Source: a virus (taxonomy: Duplodnaviria > Caudoviricetes). From it: DNA of 62,371 nucleotides. Positions 37,279-46,413 of the stretch are shown here, one piece after another. The notes under the pieces are model-generated. The model did no database searches. It was given only the letters and a program-made list of their open reading frames with translations, and had not been told where the DNA came from. Numbering within the stretch: the first letter of the stretch is position 1; each line of letters opens with the position of its first letter. Made by a program: the position numbers and the translations under genes. The stretch spans positions 1 to 62,371 of IMG/VR virus record IMGVR_UViG_3300032318_002859, one strand, 5' to 3'.

Positions 37279-38154
37279 TTACTGGTCTGATGGCTTGGCG
37301 GCTTTCAGCTGGAGCTGCTTCAGCAGAACCAGGCAGGCGGCTTGTTCGTCCTCCTCCTGCAGCGGGTCCCACTGCCCCACGCCCCTGAGGACCTGCTGCA
37401 GCCTCTCCAGACGGCTCGGGTCCTTCGTGGGATACATGCTCGCGATGACCTCCCAGTCCTCCACGATGTCGAGGCCCGCGGCGGCGGCGGCCGCTCGCAG
37501 CTGGCGCGCCGGAACGCCTGTTTCTGCTGTGCTGGGTGCTGTGGCCGCCCTGGGCCATGGCGGCGGCATGAGGCGGCCGACGGCGATGGAGAGCAGCTCC
37601 TCGCAGCCCAGGGGGCCGTCTTCATCGCTGATCGTCTCGGCAGCCAGCACCAGCTCACGGAGTCGACTCTCTGCCGGTGGCTGGGCTGTTCCGGCTTTCA
37701 CGTCGGCCACCCACTCGTTCAGCCGGCCCAGCTCAAGCAGAAACGTACTGGCAAGGGTGCGGTTCCTGTTGCGCAGAAACAGGTTCAGGCCACTGGCGTG
37801 CAACCGTTTGGTAAGCGCCTTTTCTCGCCAGCCAGCGTCACCTTCGGCTGGCTCTGAGATCGGCTGGCCGATCGCCTCCCAAACATGGCCGCGATGATTC
37901 ACCCAGTCCCCAGGCTGGAGGGCCATGCCGGCGCTCCAGGGGGTCACAGGAACGTCGGAGGTGGCCAGCAGGGCCAGCTCCGATAACCGCTGAACGACGG
38001 CGAGGCTCCAGTTGTTGCGGCGAAGCCACTGCTGCAGCAGCACTCGAAAACGTTCCCTGCCAATCGCCTCTTTGGACAGCCAGTCGACCGCTTCATCAGC
38101 AGCCAGGGGTGCGGCGCCAACCGTCGAGCGAGATTTGCACTGCTGCTGGCTCAT
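37279..38154 (-). CDS. Repressor-like HTH protein with CBM5/12-like insertion
   Basis: Divergent from replication gene; WLRRNNWS..LHASGLNLFLRN HTH-like segments; function inferred. Confidence 0.55.
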   Translation of the reverse strand: MSQQQCKSRSTVGAAPLAADEAVDWLSKEAIGRERFRVLLQQWLRRNNWSLAVVQRLSELALLATSDVPVTPWSAGMALQPGDWVNHRGHVWEAIGQPISEPAEGDAGWREKALTKRLHASGLNLFLRNRNRTLASTFLLELGRLNEWVADVKAGTAQPPAESRLRELVLAAETISDEDGPLGCEELLSIAVGRLMPPPWPRAATAPSTAETGVPARQLRAAAAAAGLDIVEDWEVIASMYPTKDPSRLERLQQVLRGVGQWDPLQEEDEQAACLVLLKQLQLKAAKPSDQ

Positions 38155-38514
38155 GGCGTTTTCTGCGCGTGTCGACTGGGGTCTGTTCCGTTAGGAACCG
38201 AACATAAGACCTACCACCAGTCCCAGAAATCCCGGGGTTCACCATCCCGTGATTACCGCCCATTCCGACCAAGGTAAGCCCACGGCGGCCGCGGCCACAG
38301 ATTGAGGACACCGCTGTTTCAGGGCATCGCCAAACCGCTATGGTTGTCGTCGGCTGGTCGGTTTCCCGCCCGTACCCACAACAAAGGCCCCGCCTGAAAG
38401 ACGGAGCCGATGTTGCCCTTACGGGCTGCGACCGCCAGGCACGCTCCCCAGCGAAACTGACAGCCGCAACTCTGTCATCTTACTGCATCAGCCTCTTTCT
38501 GCAGGCCTAGGGGA

Positions 38515-39879
38515 GTGCAAGACGCCACATCCCCCCCCCCCATTCCTGCAATGCCGAGCAATGACTTCTCAGGCGAACTTCATCGGCCCTTATTCACGCA
38601 GATTCCCTTAGAGCTTTTCAATAGCTGTGCCGAACGGGGGCGCAGACGGCTTGTGTTTGTCTACGGCTGGCTCTGGTTCTACGCAGGGAGGGCAGACAAT
38701 GCATTTCCCTCAGTGCCTCGGCTGGCACTGGAGTGCGGGATGAAGGAGCGCGACATCCGCGCCGCGCTGACCACTCTGCTTGCAGAGGGCTGGATTCTTA
38801 AAACCGGCGTGAGCTCTGCCGGAACCAACGTCTACAAGGTCAGAAACGAGACCAGACGCAAAAAGCGAAGCCCCAAACCTGCAGCGGCGCAACGGAAGTC
38901 AGCCAAGCCCCTCCCCTCAGAGGGGACCCCCCTACAAGGGGAGCCCCCTACCCCTGTGGGGGAGTCCCCTGAACGGCTCCCCCTCCCCCCAGGGGGGACT
39001 CCCCCACAGGGGGACCCAATCAAGAAACCCTTAAACGAAGAAGAGAAAACCCAAGAAGGGTTAATACCTATTCCAGATCGATATATGTCCCAAGGCGACG
39101 AAAAAATCTCGGACGCCGCACCCTTGGTCACGACGGCTGAAGCCGTCGCGACAGATCGCGAAGTCGTGGTAACGTCAGCTCAGAACGACGCTCCCCAGCG
39201 ACATGCGCCCCTGGCTGCCGCCGATCCCGGTACCCGTCCACCCGAGCAGTCCCCTGCCCAGCAGGCGGCTCTCCCCGATTTCCTTAAGCCCCACCGCCCC
39301 CTTTTGGTGGAGTGGGCCCGGCAGCGCCGGAGCAAGCACCCCACTGCCCCTGCAATCCACGGCATCAGCCCGGCGGATCTCCAAGCGATCCACCACGCCC
39401 ATGCCCTGGGGGTGCTTCAGCCATTTCTCGAGGCGGCCGCCGCCTCCGGTCGCAAATCACTGGCGACGGGATACCGCCGCCAGTGTGAGCAGCTGCGAGC
39501 AGGCCCTGAGGCGTCTGCTGCCTTCGATGCTCTCAGAAGCGCCTACCTGGCGGCGCCGCGGCGGGTCACATCCCAGTCTCTGCCGGACGCCCAGCGTGAG
39601 CTGGCCTCTGTCCTGGCCGAGGGCTACACCATCGACCAGCTGCTGGGCGCCCTGGCTGCTGAGATTCGAGCTCAGGAGCAGCAACACGTCTCATCGGGGT
39701 TTGCCCCACCTCTGCCCGACATCCAGCGTTGGCTGAAGTCGCGGAGGTTTGCCGCCTACATCCAGCAGAACCAGCCAACAACCGCCTCCACTGCAGCCGA
39801 TTTCGTGGTCCCCGTCGATCCCGAGACCGGTGCACCCGACCCGTTCGCTTACCACCGTCAGCAACTCAGCAGGCAATGA
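38515..39879 (+). CDS. Replication initiator (N-terminal HTH)
   Basis: FTQIP..VYGWL..AFPSVPRLALECGM..IRAALTTL..GWI..TNVY; internal iterons. Confidence 0.8.
   Translation: MQDATSPPPIPAMPSNDFSGELHRPLFTQIPLELFNSCAERGRRRLVFVYGWLWFYAGRADNAFPSVPRLALECGMKERDIRAALTTLLAEGWILKTGVSSAGTNVYKVRNETRRKKRSPKPAAAQRKSAKPLPSEGTPLQGEPPTPVGESPERLPLPPGGTPPQGDPIKKPLNEEEKTQEGLIPIPDRYMSQGDEKISDAAPLVTTAEAVATDREVVVTSAQNDAPQRHAPLAAADPGTRPPEQSPAQQAALPDFLKPHRPLLVEWARQRRSKHPTAPAIHGISPADLQAIHHAHALGVLQPFLEAAAASGRKSLATGYRRQCEQLRAGPEASAAFDALRSAYLAAPRRVTSQSLPDAQRELASVLAEGYTIDQLLGALAAEIRAQEQQHVSSGFAPPLPDIQRWLKSRRFAAYIQQNQPTTASTAADFVVPVDPETGAPDPFAYHRQQLSRQ
38912..39090. other. Putative replication origin: five YCCCC-N5-GGGGA iterons plus AT-rich tract
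   Basis: Copies at 38912, 38928, 38949 (1 mismatch), 38984, 39000; 19-bp perfect IR 38951-38969/38994-39012; A-rich run follows. Confidence 0.75.
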
Positions 39880-40382
39880 CATCTGCCATCACCCCCATCT
39901 CGCGCTCCGGCGCTCTGGCCCCAGAGCGCAACGATGAGCGCTCTCTGGCCCCGCACAAGCGCCGTCCAGCGGCAGGCCCTGCTTTTGTGATACCGGGCTA
40001 CGCATGTTTTGCCTGTGCCGACACCGGCATCGTCAGCAACTTTGATCGGGCGATCAATGCGTTTGTTTCCGACTACGACGTTCTCCCCAGTGGGGAGATC
40101 ATGCCGGGGTCGGATCCGGCGATCATCTGCTGCTGCATGGCCGCCTACCCCACCTCCGGCTTCGGCTATCGCGATTCCTCCGGGCCGCGGCGCATCGAGA
40201 CCGCCTGCGGCCCACGCGCGATCGGCTGTGACTTGGATCCGCAGGCTGTGCAGACCATTCATCGCGAACGCCGCGCCAGAGCGCTTGCAGGGGTTAAGGC
40301 CACAGCAGAGCAAGTGAGGCGCCTCAGGCTTTCCACCCAGGAGCAGGTGGCCGGCCTCCTCCCGTCCCTTGAGAACAGCTGA
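39876..40382 (+). CDS. Zn-finger protein next to initiator
   Basis: ACFACADTG..ICCC; ATGA-coupled. Confidence 0.7.
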   Translation: MTSAITPISRSGALAPERNDERSLAPHKRRPAAGPAFVIPGYACFACADTGIVSNFDRAINAFVSDYDVLPSGEIMPGSDPAIICCCMAAYPTSGFGYRDSSGPRRIETACGPRAIGCDLDPQAVQTIHRERRARALAGVKATAEQVRRLRLSTQEQVAGLLPSLENS

Positions 40383-40723
40383 TGGCCAGCCATCACATCA
40401 CACCGGCGCACTCTCACCCCCCGCTGGGCGCGCAGGTGGCGATCACGACCCCCGGCGCTGCCTCGCATTACCTCGCCCTGGTGGACAGCTACCTGGGCCG
40501 GTACTTCTACGCCGGTGGGCACCGGTTCCATGTCTCCGACGATTGCAGCCCAACGCCTGATCACCGCAGCTGGCGCACGGCCGCGGCCATGGCGATGCTG
40601 CTGAACCCGGAGGAGTGCCAGGAAGCGGCGGCCGCTGAAGAACGTGCCCATGCCCCCGCTCACGACCCTTGGCATCCACCACCCGAGCCTGTCGGCGCTT
40701 GTGAGCCCACCGAAGCATGGTGA
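40382..40723 (+). CDS. Hypothetical protein
   Basis: Overlapping stop/start in rightward operon. Confidence 0.55.
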   Translation: MASHHITPAHSHPPLGAQVAITTPGAASHYLALVDSYLGRYFYAGGHRFHVSDDCSPTPDHRSWRTAAAMAMLLNPEECQEAAAAEERAHAPAHDPWHPPPEPVGACEPTEAW

Positions 40724-40773
40724 CTCACCCCCCCCCCATTCCCTGAACCCTTCTTCGAAAGAACCCCTCAGCC

Positions 40774-41466
40774 ATGGTGACCCTCTTGTCACGACCAGAA
40801 CCCACCACGTGGTTGTCCACCCCACCGGAGCAGGCTCCCCAGCCGTGCCTGGAAGGGCTGGGCTATCGCTCCTCCAGCGGTGAGCAGCTGCTCTCCAGCC
40901 AGACGATCCTTGACCGGGTGTTCCCCCATCCGGGATCCTTGGCGCGGTCTTGCAGCCCTGAGGCTCGCAATCCATTGGTGCTGGAGGCTTGCAGCCTCTA
41001 CGCCGCCAGCCGCTTCAATCCTGCGGCCGCTCCCTGGAACCCAAGCGAGGCCCGCTTTCACGGGTGCGCATCAACCATCACGGCGCTGATCCAGCACCCG
41101 TTCTGGGAGCAGATCGATGTGCTGGCCGCGCCACTGCATCTCCGCCACCGCCACCTGGCTGTGGCGACCACCGCCGAGCTGTTGGTGAGGTTTCGGAATG
41201 GTGGCGACATCGGTCTTGGCATCTGCCAGTGCGGCCAGCCCAATGAGCTGAACCCCCAGCGGGTGGCTGCCGAGATCGGTGCCGCCATCGCCCTGCTGGG
41301 AGACACCTACTCCTGGTGGCCGCGGCGTGCCTTCGTGCTGTTCTGCAGCCCAGGCAGCACCAAGGTCGAGACGATCGAGGCAGACACGGCAGTCCTGCCG
41401 TGGCTTGATGCCATGGATCTCTTCCGATCCATGGCGCGTCTGCGCAGCTGGGAGGAGCAGTTGTGA
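40774..41466 (+). CDS. Degenerate PD-(D/E)XK exonuclease-like protein
   Basis: LSSQTIL..VATTAELLV..AAEIGAAIALL resembles phage exonuclease layout; catalytic residues not evident. Confidence 0.45.
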   Translation: MVTLLSRPEPTTWLSTPPEQAPQPCLEGLGYRSSSGEQLLSSQTILDRVFPHPGSLARSCSPEARNPLVLEACSLYAASRFNPAAAPWNPSEARFHGCASTITALIQHPFWEQIDVLAAPLHLRHRHLAVATTAELLVRFRNGGDIGLGICQCGQPNELNPQRVAAEIGAAIALLGDTYSWWPRRAFVLFCSPGSTKVETIEADTAVLPWLDAMDLFRSMARLRSWEEQL

Positions 41467-41753
41467 TGGGCATGGGCAGATACACCGACCATGCCGGCAG
41501 GAGGTGGCTGATTACCAGCCGCGAACATGCCGGTCAGATCCTGGTGAGCTTCACCTGTTATCGAACCACCGGCCGCGGCAAGGCTCTCGATCAGACAGCG
41601 GCCTGGGGCCCCGAAGGCTGGGACATCAGCCGTTGGTTCCCGGTCTCGCCGCGGCCGGTGCCGGAGGCGATCCTGAAGATTGTCGAGCGCAAGCTCAAGG
41701 AGATGGGGCCACAGCCAGCACCGGTTGAGCACCAGGGGGTGAGCCGTGGCTGA
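41463..41753 (+). CDS. Hypothetical protein
   Basis: Coupled ORF. Confidence 0.6.
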   Translation: MMGMGRYTDHAGRRWLITSREHAGQILVSFTCYRTTGRGKALDQTAAWGPEGWDISRWFPVSPRPVPEAILKIVERKLKEMGPQPAPVEHQGVSRG

Positions 41754-42042
41754 TCTATCTGTTCCGAAGGGTGTGGTTAAGTTACTGGTTGCCGCTGACG
41801 GGCATAAGATTGCATATGCTGCATCTTTTGAGAAGGGATCTTTTTCCGGCTTCTCAGAGCGCGAAAGTCAGGAGATACTTGCGAAAGACCGACTTGCACT
41901 TGCAATGCTTCAGGAGCTTGTAGCGACTCGGCTTATTGAGTGCATTGATGTCCGCTTGGCCAAAGTGATCATGGATAGACTCTGCAAAGAGGGCGGCTGC
42001 CACGTATTAACTGTTCTGATTGGACATGAGGCTGATTCATGA
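41746..42042 (+). CDS. Hypothetical protein (lower GC)
   Basis: Overlapping ORF in accessory string. Confidence 0.6.
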   Translation: MADLSVPKGVVKLLVAADGHKIAYAASFEKGSFSGFSERESQEILAKDRLALAMLQELVATRLIECIDVRLAKVIMDRLCKEGGCHVLTVLIGHEADS

Positions 42043-42707
42043 CCCACCCATCCGCTACTGAAGAATGGGCGAGAGGCGATATGAGAAATGAAACACTGAT
42101 TAACAACGAGGCCAAGGCAAGACGTGAGCCCTATGCACTCTGGCCAAGGAAGGCCAAAGCAATCTACATTAGTGAGGTTGCCGCGCTGCAGAATGAAGAC
42201 CTGCGTAGCCTTGGAGATGACATGCAAGTTCAGCTAGCCGAGCTGAACGACGCTATCACAGCAGAATACGCCTTGCTTAATTCAATCCCAGCAGACGAGC
42301 CAGCATCGATAGCAGCGAAAAAACTGGCTATCAAGAAAATGTGCACAAAAAAAAGCGGCATTAGGCTAATCATGCTTGAAGCTGTCAGGCAAAGAAAGGC
42401 GCGAAACAGGGAAGCAAATAAGCCAAACCCGAAGCGCGTGCGGATTGTAGCAACACAGCAAGAGCACGACGACCTGGAGTCCCTAAACAATAAGATGCAG
42501 CACTTTAAGCGCAAGGAGCTACTTTCTGCAATTCGCGCCGAGATCGGAAGCTCTAGATTCTGCCAGCTAGAAAACCTCGCATCTCTGAGGGCTATTTCCC
42601 TGCTTGAGGAATGGGCGACTAGCAGTGGCATTCAACCGAAGCTGGTTCAACACGTAGTTAATCACGTAGTTAATAACGCATTAACCTCACTTCCTCGCAA
42701 CCTATGA
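42039..42707 (+). CDS. Hypothetical coiled-coil protein (lower GC)
   Basis: ATGA-coupled; contains 12-nt tandem repeat 42651-42674. Confidence 0.65.
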   Translation: MTHPSATEEWARGDMRNETLINNEAKARREPYALWPRKAKAIYISEVAALQNEDLRSLGDDMQVQLAELNDAITAEYALLNSIPADEPASIAAKKLAIKKMCTKKSGIRLIMLEAVRQRKARNREANKPNPKRVRIVATQQEHDDLESLNNKMQHFKRKELLSAIRAEIGSSRFCQLENLASLRAISLLEEWATSSGIQPKLVQHVVNHVVNNALTSLPRNL

Positions 42708-43234
42708 CCAATTCTCAGAACGCCGACCGATACCGCGCCCTGTGCGCTGAGCTGTTGAAAGCGGTCGACGAAGAAGTCATCGACACGAATGATGGTCAGA
42801 GATTTCAAGCCGTTATAGATCGCGTCCGCGCAGAGCTGGCCCATATCGGGCCAATGGTGGATGGCATGCCTTGCGACTTCACGCGCACCCTGCTGCGCCC
42901 GGCCTATGAACCTGGAGACGGGAGCGCAGACGGTGCCCAGCTAGTCAATCTGGCATGGTGGCATCCGGCCATGAAACGCGACTCGCTGCAGATCGTGGTG
43001 GAGAACGCCCGCGCCATCATCGCCCGCCAGGGCCGCTCTGCCGTGGCGCCGGTGGCAGTGGAAGCCCTGCAGCGCTTGCGCAGGTGGGGTGGGTTTACGG
43101 GATCCACGGGTTACAGCGCAGACGTGGTTCTTGGTGTCGTTGACTGGATCGATGGCGGCATGACCGGTCCGCTGCCGCCTCTGCCCGACTACATCGCTGC
43201 GCGTGCCACCACCACACAGGGATCACAGTCATGA
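42704..43234 (+). CDS. Hypothetical protein
   Basis: YRALCAELL N-terminus; ATGA-coupled. Confidence 0.65.
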   Translation: MTNSQNADRYRALCAELLKAVDEEVIDTNDGQRFQAVIDRVRAELAHIGPMVDGMPCDFTRTLLRPAYEPGDGSADGAQLVNLAWWHPAMKRDSLQIVVENARAIIARQGRSAVAPVAVEALQRLRRWGGFTGSTGYSADVVLGVVDWIDGGMTGPLPPLPDYIAARATTTQGSQS

Positions 43235-43410
43235 GCACCCCAACCGAGATCGCCGAGGCCATGGCCGAAGCCTACCGCGACCGCTACGACTACCTTCGCA
43301 CCGGCCCCCTTGAAGATCCGATCGAGCCATGCCTCGCCGCCGCCCTGCGAGCCATGCCGCCAGGGTGTGATCCGTCGGCGGTGGTGAATGCGCTGGAGGG
43401 GTTGGGATGA
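43231..43410 (+). CDS. 59-aa hypothetical protein (not in ORF track)
   Basis: MSTPTEIAEAMAEAY..NALEGLG*; ATGA overlaps at both ends. Confidence 0.6.
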   Translation: MSTPTEIAEAMAEAYRDRYDYLRTGPLEDPIEPCLAAALRAMPPGCDPSAVVNALEGLG

Positions 43411-43678
43411 TCGTAATCAAAATCCCAACCATCGCCGACGTTTACCACGCAATAGCACGCTGGGCTTATCTCAACTATGCTCGGCACGCAAAAGCCAGCG
43501 GAGTCAAACCCATTGGTGTGCCTGGAAACCGAGACCCAGAAAACCCATGCTCAGCATTTGAGCCACGCAAACGCAGGATTAGCGACTGGCCCGATTGTGA
43601 AACTGATGGCCACTACCTCTGTGCCCAATGTTGTCACAGAGCAATTGCGGATGCGATGGAGGGGTTGGGATGATCGTA
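43388..43678 (+). repeat. 28-nt direct repeats (43388-43415, 43651-43678) flanking one gene
   Basis: atgcg(c/a)tggaggggttgggatgatcgta, one mismatch. Confidence 0.85.
43407..43673 (+). CDS. Small Cys-rich protein
   Basis: C..CETDGHYLCAQCCHR; GGAGG SD. Confidence 0.65.
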   Translation: MIVIKIPTIADVYHAIARWAYLNYARHAKASGVKPIGVPGNRDPENPCSAFEPRKRRISDWPDCETDGHYLCAQCCHRAIADAMEGLG

Positions 43679-44059
43679 CCCATTGCGAACTATCCAACCT
43701 CCAGTGACTATCACAAGCTCTGGGAACTGGCCCATCACGCATCTATTGTCTGCATTGTCGATCATGAGCCCGGCAAGCCGGGAACTTGTGTCAGCACTCC
43801 CTCTCCTAAAACGGGTCTCATGGCCGTGATGCAACACGAGCTGAGCCGGCGCGCATTGTCCAGGGCGGGTCGCGCCATGGGCACAAACCGAGCCATGGCA
43901 CGACTGCAATCAGATCTTGCCCAGATCGAGCAGCTTGCTGACCCGATCCCGGCGCCGCCTGTGCTGGTGATCGATGAGGTGCTCCCCTCCCCTTCACCAT
44001 CGGCCGCCATCCCAAGGTTTGCCCAGCTGTCGTGCCTGCGGCGTCACCGGCCCCGATGA
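43670..44059 (+). CDS. Hypothetical protein
   Basis: GGAGG SD and ATGA start from the repeat. Confidence 0.45.
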   Translation: MIVPIANYPTSSDYHKLWELAHHASIVCIVDHEPGKPGTCVSTPSPKTGLMAVMQHELSRRALSRAGRAMGTNRAMARLQSDLAQIEQLADPIPAPPVLVIDEVLPSPSPSAAIPRFAQLSCLRRHRPR

Positions 44060-44898
44060 GCGGGGTGCCCGGGAGGGAGGGGGTGAACTGGCCACAAAGC
44101 TCCATCAACTGGGTGCTCCTGGGGATCCATCAGCAGTGGATCAACAAAGCGCCGCCCGAAGAGCACCACCTGGAGGCGCTGGCCATCCCAGACGATCCGC
44201 CGGCAGAAGTAGGTGCTGACCATCCGCCACTGTTGTGAGGTGGCGCCATCCCATGCCCCCCAGCTGCTGAACGTCGCCCCCCAGTTGTGGCGGATCAGGT
44301 CGGGCGGCTCGCCCAGCTGGTCCTGCGCCAACCGCACCCGGGCCGCCAGCGCCTGCGGGGCCATGCGGGGCAGGCCGGCCTCATGCAGCCGCTGCCCCAT
44401 CGCCAGGAACTCCTCCAGCTGCGCCAGCCACCGCTGCTCTCGCTCGCGTTGCAACCCTGTGCGGTACTCGCACAACCGGGCCATCTCCGGCAGCCGCCTC
44501 TGCAGCGCCTGGAACACGGCCCGCTTGATGGCCGCGGCCGACACCCACTCCCGGCGCCCATCGGTGCGACAGCGGGGGCAGGCCCAGCGATGCGGGCGGC
44601 CACAGGCGTCCCGCTGATCTGGGCGCTTCATCCGGCCGCGGCAGTTCCCGCAGAGAACCAGGCCATCGAACAACTGCGGCGAACAAAGCCCGTAGTTCGC
44701 TTGTATCAATCTCTCCGCTTGTGCCCGCTCGATCGGATCGCAGGAAAGTGAACCAGTTCGATACCACCAATTCCTCAGGCCCATCAGCGACAGTCCGCTG
44801 ATCTCTGCTGCTTCTGCCCAGCAAAACCCTGTCTCCAACAGGATCCTCAGCCTGTCCGCATGCCGTTCTGGCAAGGGTTCGCAGGAACGCAAACGCAC
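44044..44898 (-). CDS. Serine-recombinase-like Zn-ribbon/coiled-coil protein lacking catalytic domain
   Basis: LFDGLVLCGNCRGRM..WACPRC..; W..AT..QWR..YFCRRIVWDG parallels the integrase C-terminus. Confidence 0.65.
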   Translation of the reverse strand: MRLRSCEPLPERHADRLRILLETGFCWAEAAEISGLSLMGLRNWWYRTGSLSCDPIERAQAERLIQANYGLCSPQLFDGLVLCGNCRGRMKRPDQRDACGRPHRWACPRCRTDGRREWVSAAAIKRAVFQALQRRLPEMARLCEYRTGLQREREQRWLAQLEEFLAMGQRLHEAGLPRMAPQALAARVRLAQDQLGEPPDLIRHNWGATFSSWGAWDGATSQQWRMVSTYFCRRIVWDGQRLQVVLFGRRFVDPLLMDPQEHPVDGALWPVHPLPPGHPAHRGR

Positions 44899-44975
44899 CT
44901 TTCGTCAGCGGTTCATGCCGTGACAACTACGTTCTCATCCGGCTACGTTACCCACCAGCCGCAGAATGCGTATCC

Positions 44976-45629
44976 ATGCCGGGACGTCGCCGCCCTTCTC
45001 TGCAACCTGTCACCGCACCAACCGAGATCACGCTGGAGGCCCTGGTCCAGGACCCCAAGAACGCCCGGCGCCGCACCCAGCGCAGCACCGGGATGATCGA
45101 GCGATCCCTGCGAGAGTTCGGCGCTGCCCGCTCCCTGGTGATCGATGAGGAGGGCGTGATCCTGGCGGGCAACGGCACGGCGGAGGCGGCGGCTTCGATC
45201 GGGATTGACCGGGTGCTGGTGGTGCCGGCCGATGGCCGCACCCTGGTGGCGGTGCAGCGCACAGATCTTTCCCCGGCTCAGAAGGCGGAATATGGGGTGG
45301 CCGATAACCGCTCCAGCGACACCAGCGAGTTCGACGGCGCGGCGCTCAATGCCCTGCTGGAGGACCATCCGGACCTGGACATGAGCTCCTGGTTCACCCC
45401 CGAGGAATGGGGGGCTCTGGTGGATGGCCTCGACCCAGACCCGCCGGCGCCCCCAGCAGATCCAGAGCCGGCGAGCCTGACGGTGCAGCTCACCTTCCCT
45501 GACCAGCAGTCGCTGGTGAACTTCCAGCTGCTGATGGGTCGCCTGGCGGAGGCCCTGCCGGAAGAGGAGAGCACAGAGGCCCGTCTGGCCCGGGCTGTGG
45601 AGGCCCAGCTGGCCCAGCACGGCCGCTGA
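44976..45629 (+). CDS. ParB/Srx N-terminal domain protein
   Basis: DPKNARR..SLREFG..ILAGNGT..YGVADNR. Confidence 0.85.
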   Translation: MPGRRRPSLQPVTAPTEITLEALVQDPKNARRRTQRSTGMIERSLREFGAARSLVIDEEGVILAGNGTAEAAASIGIDRVLVVPADGRTLVAVQRTDLSPAQKAEYGVADNRSSDTSEFDGAALNALLEDHPDLDMSSWFTPEEWGALVDGLDPDPPAPPADPEPASLTVQLTFPDQQSLVNFQLLMGRLAEALPEEESTEARLARAVEAQLAQHGR

Positions 45630-45631
45630 GG

Positions 45632-46396
45632 GTGATGGCCACCGGGCACCCGCTGTCGCCGGTCGAGCATGGCCGCATCCAGACCTTGCATCAGCAGGGC
45701 ACGCCGGCGTGCGCGATCGCCGCGGCGATGAGCTGTTCGCTGAGCGCCGTGCATCAGTCTCTCGCCGATGCACGGATCGGCCGCGGCCGGGTGGGGGAGG
45801 TGCGGGCCCTGGTGAACAGCCTCCGGGCCGGGGGCGATGGCACTGTGCCTGCCCGGCTGCCACTGCCTGTGGAGGTGGTGGTGAACCGCTATCTGGCGGG
45901 GGAGAGCATCCTGTCGCTGGCCGGCAGTTACCAGGTGAGCCGCGGGGAGATCCGCCAGTTGCTGGCAGACGCGGACGTCACCATCCAGGGAAAACGGCAC
46001 AGGCTCTTCCGCAATGGCCAGCCCTGGGGGGAGGAGGAGGGCGCCACCGCCTTGCGCTTGCGGGCCCAGGGCCTCGACGCCTGCAGCATCGGCCTGAGGA
46101 TCTGCCGCAGCACCCGATCGGTGCAGTCCTGGCTGGAGGAGCACGACCGCCCGGTTCAGAAGGAGCGAATGGCCGCCCGGGCCCGCCGGCGGCGCGGGGA
46201 GCTGCTGCCCGATGAGCTGCCACCGGCGGAGGTGATCGAGGCCCTGCGCGCCGGCTGGCGTGGGGGCCGCACCATTGCCGCCCTGGCGCGTGAGCATTCG
46301 ATCCCCACAGCTGTGGTTTCGGGGGTCCTCAAGCACTGCGGAATTGTGGTGCGGCCGGGCCCCAGGGCTCATGTAGTGGAGCTGCCTACCTTTTGA
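45632..46396 (+). CDS. Multi-HTH DNA-binding protein
   Basis: About four HTH-like repeats (e.g. YLAGESILSLAGSYQVS, GRTIAALAREHSIP). Confidence 0.65.
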   Translation: MMATGHPLSPVEHGRIQTLHQQGTPACAIAAAMSCSLSAVHQSLADARIGRGRVGEVRALVNSLRAGGDGTVPARLPLPVEVVVNRYLAGESILSLAGSYQVSRGEIRQLLADADVTIQGKRHRLFRNGQPWGEEEGATALRLRAQGLDACSIGLRICRSTRSVQSWLEEHDRPVQKERMAARARRRRGELLPDELPPAEVIEALRAGWRGGRTIAALAREHSIPTAVVSGVLKHCGIVVRPGPRAHVVELPTF

Positions 46397-46413
46397 GCAG
46401 AAGGCACACCGGC

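Noticed and set aside
38155-38514. cro-like gene and operators in the divergent control region
   Set aside because: No convincing HTH ORF or repeated operator seen
42651-42674. 12-nt tandem repeat as a functional element
   Set aside because: In-frame two-copy duplication, probably incidental slippage
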